Shown here: piece by piece, positions 53,754 through 64,000 of the stretch | How the letters are laid out: the number at the start of each line of letters is the position of its first letter | How positions within the stretch are numbered: the stretch's first letter is position 1 | Origin: Laetmonice hystrix | Taxonomy: Eukaryota | NCBI GenBank assembly: GCA_965235115.1 | Contig: OZ249440.1 | Location: 7,130,001 to 7,194,000, forward strand | Direction: 5' to 3' | Length of the DNA stretch: 64,000 bases | Translations under genes and position numbers: made by a program | Notes under the pieces: model-generated | Seen by the model: only the letters and a program-made list of their open reading frames with translations | Told to the model about the DNA's origin: nothing | The model's database searches: none

Positions 53754-53982
53754 TGACTTCACCACAATGTACCGACTTCACTACAAGTAGTGTACTACTT
53801 GTACAGACATGTACATTAGGCTATACCATGACTTCACCACAATGTACCGACTTCACTACAAGTAGTGTACTACTTGTACAGACATGTACATTAGGCTATA
53901 CCATGACTTCACCACAATGTACCGACTTCACTACAAGTAGTGTACTACTTGTACAGACATGTACATTAGGCTATACCATGAC
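53754..53982. repeat. Tandem repeat, 75-bp unit x3
   Basis: TGACTTCACCACAATGTACCGACTTCACTACAAGTAGTGTACTACTTGTACAGACATGTACATTAGGCTATACCA repeated. Confidence 0.96.
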
Positions 53983-55298
53983 CAACATGGGCGGTACGGC
54001 CGTCGCAACCCCTTCCGTGACCCGTTTTCAAAGTGGCTTCAGCCATAAAGACACCACAGACATGCAGTGGGGTTTCAATCTGAGAACCTTGTATCCACTC
54101 CAAAGACCACTGAAACGTTCATTGTTAACTTGGTACATTGTTCTTATCCCTCTATTGATTAATTATATATTTCCCGTGATCCAGTTATCGGCTTTTAACA
54201 AGTTTTCCTCGTGAGTCTGCCATCAGTGCGAATTAAACTCGTTTTAAACGTTTGCACGTAGCGCCATTAGACTTCATTGTGTAATAATATACATTTTATA
54301 CGATGTCAGAATTAATACGCCTACTAATCATAAAGACATAAACACCTATGCATACTAATGTGACATGAATTCTTACCGAATGCTACTTCTCCCGTCAGTC
54401 TGCCCGTACCTATATATGGTTATTAGCTCGAGTATTTAATTGCCACATAATTGATATTACATCTCGCCGCTCCGTAAGTTCATGGAGATACAATACGTGC
54501 TAGTACGACCATCAACTTGACGGGGGTGAAGTATTCTGCAGGATTTGACTGGGTTCTACCCTGCCCTGCTGAAGGAACAGTGTGGTTGCTCCTGCACGGT
54601 ACCATGGTGACATGCGGTGTGATTGTTATAAGTCATAAAATGCTTCATCACGTCCGCCTACCCAACCCGCCGCCCCCTCCAGTAGTATAAAATAATAACC
54701 CGTTGGGAGGGGACTCGTGTACCCGCCCGGCCCGGACGTACGCTGGCCGTGGGGCCGGGGAAGGTGGCACGCTGAGAGATTGGAATGAAATCTACATGAT
54801 ATATTTACATGATGTTGTCGTTAAGTGGCACTCGGCACACGCCGTGCCTGGTAACACGTGAAATGTACATGACCTCGTTGACCTGTTATGGTGATGGATG
54901 GATGCAGGGTGGGGGCCGGCTAATGAACATACTAGCTATTAACACCTGAAGGATGGCATGGTCGGGCGACTAGATCTTTTGTTCGACATCCAACCTGACT
55001 GAAGCCAGGATCTAATAGCCCCAGTTTCTCTCGTGCATCTATGGTGACTATTCAGTAGACACTCACTCACCCTCCCAGCTGTAGGCTCTAGACTCAAGGT
55101 ATAGATCTGACTTAGCCGTGTAGGTATATCTAGATTACCAGTATGGGGTTTGTGAAAGGATACAACATGCATATAGAAAGTTATGCATATACAGCACAGC
55201 TCCCTTTCAACTCCGTTATTTCTTAGCCACAAATTATATTTATTATGTGTATATTCTTTAAAACTCTCTTTGATCAAATTAAATATGCTCATATTCTA

Positions 55299-55441
55299 CG
55301 GAGTGCTTCAAAAAAGGAAACCAAGAATAAAGTGCTGATTATAAGGAGAGATGTTGTAACTTAATGTAACTCTAACAAGCCTGCTCCTGAAATAAACAAA
55401 TTCAAATTTTAAAAAAATTCATTTTTGTTGGAAACACCCTG
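55299..55441. mobile_element. Tc1/mariner-type MITE remnant, about 143 bp, 160 bp upstream of the exon-3 acceptor
   Basis: TA|CGGAGTGCTTCAAAAAA ... TTGTTGGAAACACCCTG|TA: a degenerate CAGGGTGTTTC-type TIR pair with TA flanks. Confidence 0.5.
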
Positions 55442-55600
55442 TATGCAGACGGTAAAAGTGGCCCTACATTCCTTGGCTTGGAATACGGTAAACATATAGA
55501 TCTACACTGATATCTGCTTATACACAGGACTGGCACTATATCTGGTATAAATTGGTAATAGTAAATGATTATCCTGAATGTCTCCTCCTGTATGTTGTAG

Positions 55601-55835
55601 GCGTCAGACGGCCGAGGAACGCGAGGCTGAGAGGCAGGCAGCGAACCGCTTCATGCTCAGTCTCCAGGCGGAGGCCAGCAAGAACATGTACAACAACCCT
55701 GACCCTTTGTGTCTGAGTAACGCGTCGTTGAGTGCTCTCCAGAACCTCCAGCCGTGGGCCGAGGACCAGCAGGAACAACAAGACAGGCCCAACTACCTCA
55801 ACGTCGCCTCGCTCACCTCGCCTTCACTGGTATGA
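55601..55835 (+). CDS. Tlx: Tlx homeobox gene, coding exon 3 (C-terminus, stop TGA)
   Basis: Acceptor TGTTGTAG|G; AG+G completes Arg. Encodes [24 protein letters not shown]...[19 protein letters not shown]...SLV*, matching the conserved TLX C-terminus. Spliced CDS 742+217+235=1194 nt = 397 aa + stop. Confidence 0.96.
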
Positions 55836-57474
55836 TAGCGAGGCTATCCGTGACGTCACTGACGTAACTAGGTCATGTATCCACCGCCATCTTAAACCGC
55901 GACGAAAAACGTCAACGAGAATGAGTATAGGCTAAGGAGCGCTCAAATAGGCTATGTGGTCGAACTAAATGTCCTTACTCTATGGGGCTGGGTAGAGGGG
56001 GCGTATACTGGCCATACGGAATCGGAGCCAAAAGTCTGTGATCAAGTGGTCTGTAGATTACCTAGCCGAGGACGATTCTATCGGCCTATTGTCTAATCTG
56101 TAACTTTAGGTATCATAATCATCATGAACTCTTAAAATCAATGCATGATCGCCACATTTCTGGATCAGTTTCTGTCGGCAAAAACCTACTTACATTGAAT
56201 TGCTATAGTATTAGTAGCCTTTATATAAAGTTCGGATCCTCTCAGGAGTGGTGTCCGAGAATTATTTCGACATCAACAATGTGTATTCTGTAAAATATCA
56301 ACAAAATGTATCCCATAATCTGTGTTGTTACTTGACCTCTTTTATACAGGGCCTAGATTACTCTTGACATGGGTTACAAGGGATAGTGTGTGATTTTTAA
56401 AACATCACGTTATCGTTACAGGTCTGTTGGTCTACCGGTATAATATGAAAGTGATTACCCAAGGCATTAATTCTTTTCGAACTATTTAGATTATTTCGAA
56501 ATATTAAAAACCTAAGATGAACACGTGAAAGCACTCACTATAGCCAACCTGTCCTGCCTGAACGTGCGGTTATATAAACCAACCAATTTGAACCAATTCA
56601 CTTTATTCACATACCCAAGGTATAATATACTTCAAGGATCCTTTGCTAAACTCGATCGACGGGGCATGTAACACGTACATTGTTTTCACGTAGATGTATA
56701 TAGATGTGTGGCAGTGAGTGCCTGTCCTCCTTCCTATTTAAACGTTTCGGGCCGTAAATCGTTTCTGACCAGAGTGTTTACTCGTATAACTACTTAAATT
56801 CTTAGCGCGACAGAAAGAACGCATGACATGGTAGTCAGAAGATATCCGGAACTGTCGCATTTCGTCCCTTAAAGAATGTTGACCGTCAAACTCTGCACCT
56901 GGAGGTACGTCAGAACGAGATGCCCTGCATTGTCTCGCGTGAGTTTGTACGAGACTGGCGACAGGTGGCGCCTTGTACGAAAACTCGTGCTCCCCAGTCG
57001 CCTATACATAACGTGTGGGTCGAATATACTAAAAGGGCTGTCAGGAAAACGGCCGTTTAGGTAGACTAGCAGCTGTAGACGAACGAAGTAATTCGCTCGC
57101 CTATAGCAGGAATCTGATACACAGCTGTGTATAAGCACCTGGATATAATATCGCTTCATCTCAAACCTTTCATTGAACGTAACCATGTCCCCCCCCCCCC
57201 CACGACATTATATCCTACCTTGTACTTTAAAAAACTCTTTGTGGCTGCAACTAAACTTGTTAAAAATGTATATATGGCAGTGTAGGGGCGTGCAATTGTA
57301 CATAAGATATGTCATATATTCATGTATATGTGTATGTATACACACACTGTCTACTTTGAGGTCATCCCTGTGTATTTGTTGGAATGTACGAGTGAGATGA
57401 CAACAACAAGTATTTCACCCGGAAAGTTCATTGTACAGGTGATTCCTGGCGTATCAAAGTGTGGAAATTCTCGA

Positions 57475-57480
57475 AATAAA
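57475..57480 (+). promoter_or_regulatory. Candidate Tlx polyadenylation signal (3' UTR about 1.65 kb)
   Basis: First canonical AATAAA I found after the stop at 55835, followed by a GT/T-rich tract (GTGTATTTTTTGTTTGTG). An ATTAAA variant lies at 56503. Confidence 0.5.
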
Positions 57481-57566
57481 TCTATTTATAAGGAAGTCAA
57501 GTGTATTTTTTGTTTGTGAGATGTTAGAAATGTGCGTATACTGTATATGGAATTCTTCACCTCATC

Positions 57567-58472
57567 TGATGGCCCAGGTCCCACATCCCATACATTATTC
57601 CATCTCCTGAAGCCACATCCCTATATAATACCGGGCCCACATCTAACATCACATGTCCCATTGCACAAAGACACGCCCCTACCCTACCCAAGCATAACAT
57701 CTAATACCCCACATCCCATCGTAAGAGGGCACCCCCTACCTTTCCCCTGCAGATCACATCTGATGTCCCATGTCCCATCACAAGAGGACAGACCCCTACC
57801 CCTGGAGATTACATCTGATGTCCCAGGTCCTATCACAAGAGGACACACCCCTACCCTGCCCCAGCAGATCACGTCTGATGTCCCAGGTCCCATCACAAGA
57901 GGACACATCCCTACCCTGCCCCAGCAGATCACGTCTGATGTCCCAGGTCCCATCACAGGAGGACACAACCCTACCCCTGCAGATCACATCTGATGTCCCA
58001 TGTCCCATCACAAGAGGACACACCCCTACCCCTGCAGATCACATCTGATGTCCCATGTCCCATCACAAGAGGACACACCCCTACCCCTGCAGATCACATC
58101 TGATGTCCCATGTCCCATCACAAGAGGACACACCCCTACCCCTGCAGATCACGTCTGATGTCCCATGTCCCATCACAAGAGGACACACCCCTACCCTGCA
58201 GATCACATCTGATGTCCCATGTCCCATCACAAGAGGACACACCCCTACCCTGCCCCAGCAGATCACGTCTGATGTCCCATGTCCCATCACAAGAGGACAC
58301 ACCCCTACCCCTGCCCCAGCAGATCACATCTGATGTCCCATGTCCCATCACAAGAGGACACACCCCTACCCCTGCAGATCACATCTGATGTCCCAGGTCC
58401 CATCACAAGAGGACACACCCCTACCCCAGCAGATCACATCTGATGTCCCAGGTCCCATCCCCTGAAGCCACA
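57567..58472. repeat. Minisatellite, about 55-60-bp unit, about 13 intact copies plus degenerate leading copies
   Basis: CAGATCACATCTGATGTCCCATGTCCCATCACAAGAGGACACACCCCTACCCCTG repeated from about 57748; decayed copies upstream. Confidence 0.95.
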
Positions 58473-59891
58473 GACTACTCCTGTCTCATGAGTGTCAACA
58501 CCACACCAGTTATAGATGATATGCATATTAAAACTGACTGCTAGTCGAAACAGAAGCTTGGCGCCATCGACCCAGCGCGCAGAGAAGACCATTTTATTTT
58601 CCTAACACCTTGCCATTACGATAATTCCATTGAGCGTGTCAGTCCGCGGTTCTCGCCTGGCGCTCATTCTATCATATTGCAGGCCAGGCCTCTCGGAGCC
58701 GATCGATGAAGATCATACTAATGGGAGGTACCGGTCGTCTCAAGGTCCGGTCTTCTTGTGGTGCGTGTACCTTAGGCAACATGTGCTTGTAATGCAATAT
58801 GCACACTGGAATTGAGGCGGATGGCAAATCTAACCCTGCGGACCCTTGGAATACGGGCAATGATTTATGAAACCGTACGGCTTCCTCTTTCTAGTCGTTT
58901 ATACCAAGTCACAATGTATTTGCATTATGATCAGTTCAATCGTGTACGCTTGCGGAAGGGGTTTTAAGATATAGTATGTATATTATATCATGTCGTCAAC
59001 CATCTCCCATAGTGAAATATTTGAAAAGGTAACGATTTACACAGACTTTAAGATTTGTTATATAATCTCCTGTCAACACGTGTATAACTCACTATTATCC
59101 TTTTTTTAATATAAAAAAAATAATTCGGCTATATATTCGCGGCCCTTCCGTGACCCTTTCTAGTCTAAACACGACTTGCATCCATTGGCATGAACACAAA
59201 CCAGACTCCATCAACATACAAGTCAACCAACTGGTGACGGTGGGCGGAGGTCGAGTCTGCCTTGGCCGATAAGCGGGGGTACAACACGTAGTCTTTGTTA
59301 GTCTGCTGACGGCCGTGCCCTGTCTGAGCTCCGACCTGCAGCTTGGCAATTCTTCACGGTGTTGTGATGAAAATGATCTATTGCTAACGTCATGGGTCGT
59401 TGTCAGATGTCCAATTAAGACGTAGGTGTTGTGTTCACTGTTAAGCTGATTCCTGACATATTGAACCCGAGGGTGTGTTTGTTTTCCGTTCACGCGGATC
59501 CCAACACACCCCGCCCCCCTTTCCCTCCCAGTAGGGTTGGGCAAATCCGGGTACTTTTTTTGAAACGAGTGTTTTTTATGGCCAAATTACCTGCTGAATA
59601 CGAATATGACAATGAAATTTGCCTGCCAGAATGTTTTCGGTCGGTAAATTCGGAAAATCCAAAATGATGGCGAAAATCCGAGATTTTTTCATCAGGATTT
59701 TCATTTTCGACTCTACCATCATTCAAATATGTCAAATAACAGGGGTTTCAGCTCGCTAAAAATCAATTTTGAAATCCAAACCGCCGGAAAATGCACCATG
59801 AACGAGTTAAAGCCATAATTAATGAATTTCCAAGAAAAAAATTACTCGATAGACATCATTACATTCCATCAACTCCAGACCAGGTCAACAC

Positions 59892-60132
59892 TTAGCTCAG
59901 AAAACTGAGCAAAAGTCCATCAACGTTCGGCACAATGTCTGATTCCGGCTTTATCGCATTTCTGATGGACTGCTTGAATTCTGTGGTAGTGAATTTTTGC
60001 ATTTTGTATGTCCCGTACATCTTTACTCTCCTCATTTTCCTGATTGCCAGAGCAATCGTACACCGGAGGAATTTGATTTCCGCTAGTAGCTGTTTATCCG
60101 TCAGTTCGTTTAACTTTACCATATCCAGTGAA
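59892..60132 (-). pseudogene. Protein-like C-terminal coding remnant inside the TIR element (possible transposase fragment)
   Basis: Non-repetitive, charged, helix-like reading MVKLNELTDKQLLAEIKFLRCTIALAIRKMRRVKMYGTYKMQKFTTTEFKQSIRNAIKPESDIVPNVDGLLLSFLS*, cut off at the inner element. No catalytic motif is visible. Confidence 0.45.
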
Positions 60133-61024
60133 CAGGCCTCCCAGCAGCCCTTGAAAAAAAGTAGGATTCTACTCCAAAAAAGTAGGACCTCTAATCTTGG
60201 AAAAGTAGGAGAGTTATTTTTGAAAAACAATGTAATAGAGGGCTATTCTTACTTCGACATAGCCATGTACACACTGATGTATCAGACAAAAACTTCATGG
60301 TATTATGTATACATACATGAGCAGAAGGAATAAGCAAATTCGCAGAAAGTGTCTAGTTTGTGGCCGTAGGTCACAACCCGAGGCCATTGGCCTCGGAGGG
60401 GGAGGATCAAGGGAGGGGGGCATCCCCCTCCCTTGGTAGGAAAATTTTAAAATGTTGACATTATGTGAGTGCATTTTGGTGGTATTTGAGAGGGATATAG
60501 GACCTTGTATATTACCTAACATGCCTCGAAGGGTGAGGGGGAGGGTCAAGGGAGGGGAGCATCCCCCTCCCTTGGTAGGAAAATTTGAAAATGTTGACAT
60601 TGTTGACATTAGTGCATTTTGGTGGCATTTGAGAGGGATATTAAGGGTATATCACCTAACATGGATTTGGACAAGTTTCACCCTAACCCCCTATATATAT
60701 GCGTTTTTGAGATCTCACCATATTTACATCGCACAAATTTCGAACCAGAAAAAGCGGAAACCCGCGAATCCTTACACATACTTATTTTCGACCGCATTAT
60801 TAACCAATGAGAGAGCATTCCTGTATTTTACTCCTGCTGGGGATTTTTCTGCAGCTAGTCCTACTGGGAAGTGCCTGGATTAATTATACCCCGTTATTAA
60901 TTATATAATGTCCATTAAATGTGATGCTACCTTTTCCGATTTTTTAGTAGGACTTGGTTAGAAAAATAGGAAAAGTAGGACTGTATAGGACGGAGTCTCA
61001 ACAAGTGGAAAAGTAGGACGGCTA
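60133..61024. mobile_element. Nested MITE-like insertion with AGTAGGA subterminal repeats and an internal 133/140-bp tandem duplication
   Basis: Starts CAGGCCTCCCAG. Six AGTAGGA copies (60160, 60181, 60204, 60946, 60974, 61012). Duplicated block 60391-60523 / 60524-60663. Right boundary uncertain. Confidence 0.5.
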
Positions 61025-61502
61025 TAGAAGTACACCACGTCATCAAATGTTTTCTTCGCCCGTTTACTGAGCGTTATCTGTTGTTCCTCCTCTATTGCTA
61101 TCATTTAATTTGGAAATACACGAAAGAAAACACTTGACGAATCCAAAGTAAATCCAAAGCCACCGAAAATATACCAAATACACGTCAAAAGCTGCCAAAC
61201 TGCATTATGTGAAGAAACAATAGCTCCTACAAAGAATACAATGGTAAATTAGGTTTCTACGATCCTGAAAACAGAAATCATTGCATATTAGGAGTAATTG
61301 TGTATTATTCAACTGTGGTCGATGTCGAAAATTTGCGATTTTTGGCCGCCATTTTTATTTTTTGAGATTTACTGACCGAAAATATTATCGCAGCCCATTT
61401 TTGTCCCCGAATTCGTGTTCAGTGGACAATTTGGCCATAGAAAACACTCGTTTTCCTCGAATTTGTTGAAAAAAGGCATTATTCGCCCAACCCTACTCCC
61501 AG

Positions 61503-62105
61503 TGCGCCCACATATTTACGCATACGCAATCTCCGGCGTGATATAGTGCTCGCCTCCTCGTCACTGACAACCTCGGCGGGGAGGGGGCCCAGGTTTCGGA
61601 AATTGTCAACCGTGATGATTAATTGCATCATGTTTTTAGTCTGTAGTGTGATTCCTTGTATATGCCGGTTTTTTGCTGTGATGACGCTATATCGTATGGC
61701 ACCGGTGGCGACACCATACGGCACGTGACAAATCTATTGCGGAAGCATGTGCATATATTAGAATATGATGACTTGTGTCCTCGCCAACTGCCTTCGAGGA
61801 CATGTATTTATGTCCCCGTAAGAACCACCGTCATTGGTGAGGCCAAGCATTCAGGCTGCGCTGCCTTGCAGCTATCTGTGTGGTGCGCAGTTTGACCGTA
61901 TATGTTTACGCCTTTCTACCAACGACCTCCATTGAATCATTAATATTCTCTGTGATGGTTTGCATATTGTCATCAAACACCACAAGGCACGTCTTTGTCC
62001 TAGCCTGCTGCCCACCTGTAATGTTGGCCGTGCATAATCAAGTTATGTAGGCGATTTATTAATGTAATCGTATTGGACTGTAGCTCCATCGAACGGTCTA
62101 ATTGT
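61503..62105 (-). mobile_element. Degraded non-LTR retrotransposon (CR1/L2-group-like) ORF2 C-terminal remnant
   Basis: Frameshifted minus-strand translations give, in the expected order, IRP.ME(Y)S (about 62071-62102), QRRALWCL (about 61986-62000), QWRSLVERRKHIR (61896-61934) and LPAEVVS (61563-61583). These resemble the post-RT motifs RPxLEY / QRRAxRF / LxWxxLxERR / WNxLPxxVV. Confidence 0.6.
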
Positions 62106-63045
62106 ATAAGATGTGTTCATCTCGTTCCCCCATTCTTGTAGACCTACACTCGCCCCTATATCTCCATTGTTGGATACAATGATGTAGAGCAGTTATTCTA
62201 CTTTCATTTGACGATTTCGTTTTCCACTTAGCCTTCATGTATTTTCTTTAGAATACATAACTAGAGGCAGGGGCTTTTCTCTCTGTACCGATAAGAGATA
62301 TTTTCTCTGAAAATCGTTAGAAAATATTATGTTTTGTAAATGACTGCTAAGTGTGATTATTACACAGGAGATATCTTATCTAACCCTGGTTAATACTGTA
62401 ATACCACCTTATCTTTATACTCAGTGTACCTATAGCGTTCCCAAACGCCTACTTCCGGTATAAGAATCCCTGGATAGGGCGCCACGCCTGCATGGCTCAA
62501 CCCCTGCTTGCCCGTCCACCTCTTGGCGCGCCCTCTATGTAAACACACCCATGCTCTTCTCCTTATTAAATATCCTTTTAACAAACCACCTTTATTTGGC
62601 TTGTGGTGAACATTGGCTACACAGGTCACGTCGAGCGCACTTATTAATTGTTGGGCGCGGCTTATTACTTCTTCGCAGTCATTCACTGGCCTCCGTTCCT
62701 CTCTTTTAATTCCCGGCCTAATATCATTTCTACCACTACCGCAGTTCAGGCGTCGCGCGCCTAATCAGTTTAGTGGTGACTTATGAAATACATGGAGTGG
62801 CGGCTAATCCAGCGACATAAGCCACACCACTGCGGCACCTGAAACTAGGGGCCTGTACAACAGCCGGACCCGAGAACCTGAGAGTGAGAGGCAGAGAATG
62901 GATCATGGACGCGCCCACCCCACCCATTCCGTTATAACATAACCAGATTGGATGCTAAAGTTGCCATAATTAGGCCCTACCATATATTAGGCCTGTAGAC
63001 AGGATTCATAGAAAAAACAACGTGGCCGAAAAAACAAAAACAAAC

Positions 63046-63261
63046 AAAATTCATTTTTGTTGGAAACACCCTGTATGCAGGCGGTAAAAGTGGCCCTACA
63101 TTCCTTGGCTTGGAATACGGTAAACATATACACTGATATCTCCTTATACACAGGACTGGCACTATATTTGGTATCGTTATAAATTGGTAATAGTAAATGA
63201 TGAGTCTCTGTCGTCGATGATTATCCTGAATGTCTCCTCCTGTATGTTGTAGGCGTCAGAC
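63046..63261 (+). pseudogene. Diverged duplicate of the Tlx intron-2 3' end plus the first 9 nt of exon 3
   Basis: Aligns to 55414-55609 with about 3 substitutions and 3 indels (-6, +6, +20). The acceptor CTCCTCCTGTATGTTGTAG|GCGTCAGAC is intact. Confidence 0.9.
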
Positions 63262-63500
63262 AGAAGATTTTGAGTGGGGCAATGGCCCATCCATCGTTAA
63301 AACACTATAGATGTAATGTTCTTACCCTCCGGAGGGGTAGGGGTAGGGGATTGCACCCCCCTTACGAAGTAGCCTACGAGTAATCTTTCTTTTTTTCTGC
63401 TTGAAATGTTCAATCCAAACATACACAAACCCCCTCCCCTTGGCACCCCCTTTGGCACCCACAACCCCCCCCCCTTGGCGCCAACCTGGATCCGCCCCTG
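63262..63500. mobile_element. MITE-like remnant (right end CTGGATCCGCCCCTG)
   Basis: The right terminus is the reverse complement of CAGGGGCGGATCCAG, a common MITE terminus, and poly-C/G tracts lie inside. The left terminus appears truncated at the junction with the Tlx duplicate. Confidence 0.45.
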
Positions 63501-64000
63501 CCTCCGAAGCTATAGCCTATATAATTATATATATATGTGATCATGAATTATCCTCAGCCAGGTACATAGATCTAGCCGTGAGACCTCGGCAGTATAGAAG
63601 AAGAAACGTTGTGGTTCCATCCCAGATGTCTACCCTGTCTCTCCGACTTCACTGTCAAATGACCAGCGACCATAGAACGATCAGGCTTCTGAGTCATCCA
63701 ACCCACATTATCTTGTCATCTGCTCACAGGGAAAACGATTCAAATTAAATTAACTACTGCCAACAATACCGGACTCTATACATATACTGTACAGGGGGCC
63801 CAGACCTTTGGATAAGTTTGGCCTATAGGACAAGAACATATTAGCTTTTAGTCACCAGCGTGCCCTATATCTAAACAGATGCGCAAGCATTACACAATAG
63901 CAAGGCGTTTTTTTCGTATATAGGTATACATTTTGTATAGACCTTGAAGTAATTCGTTGTGTCGATGAGATATAGTCATGTGTTACAGGGCTCCAGGGCA

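Larger units (their letters stand above)
30766..55600 (+). other. Tlx: Tlx intron 2 (24835 bp, GT-AG, phase 2)
   Basis: Joins ...RRTKW(R) to RQTAEE... in frame; no intervening exon-like coding sequence recognised. Confidence 0.88.
59532..61495 (-). mobile_element. Non-autonomous TIR DNA transposon (hAT-like ends), about 1.96 kb, with long imperfect TIRs and a 7-bp TSD
   Basis: Ends TAGGGTTGGGC...GCCCAACCCTA are a perfect 11-bp inverted match. Inverted similarity extends about 170 bp (e.g. AAACGAGTGTTTT[T/C]TATGGCCAAATT; TTTTCGGTC[G/A]GTAAAT). CTCCCAG flanks both sides (59525-59531 and 61496-61502). Confidence 0.85.

Overview
Eukaryotic genomic DNA from a gapped scaffold (4 N-runs), most likely a bilaterian invertebrate; the species cannot be determined from the sequence. 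The only protein-coding gene I can support is a three-exon Tlx (Hox11/C15-family, NK-class) homeobox gene on the + strand. Its coding exons are 22095-22836, 30549-30765 and 55601-55835, which splice in frame (GT-AG) to a 397-aa protein with an eh1 motif, GVIKVPAHRP, an FPWM hexapeptide, a Thr47 homeodomain and the conserved [12 protein letters not shown] / [16 protein letters not shown]-terminus. About 26 unrelated tandem-repeat arrays make up roughly a fifth of the window (hand estimate) and explain nearly all long ORFs in the ORF track. There are also several transposon remnants. Most notable: (1) a diverged copy of the Tlx intron-2/exon-3 splice-acceptor region about 7.6 kb downstream, fused to MITE-like sequence, which could act as an alternative terminal exon; (2) a nested transposon stack at 59.5-62.1 kb, including a TIR element with a 7-bp target duplication and a protein-like remnant. 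I found no evidence for a wholly new system. No prokaryotic features, CRISPR arrays, rRNA or tRNA genes are supported.
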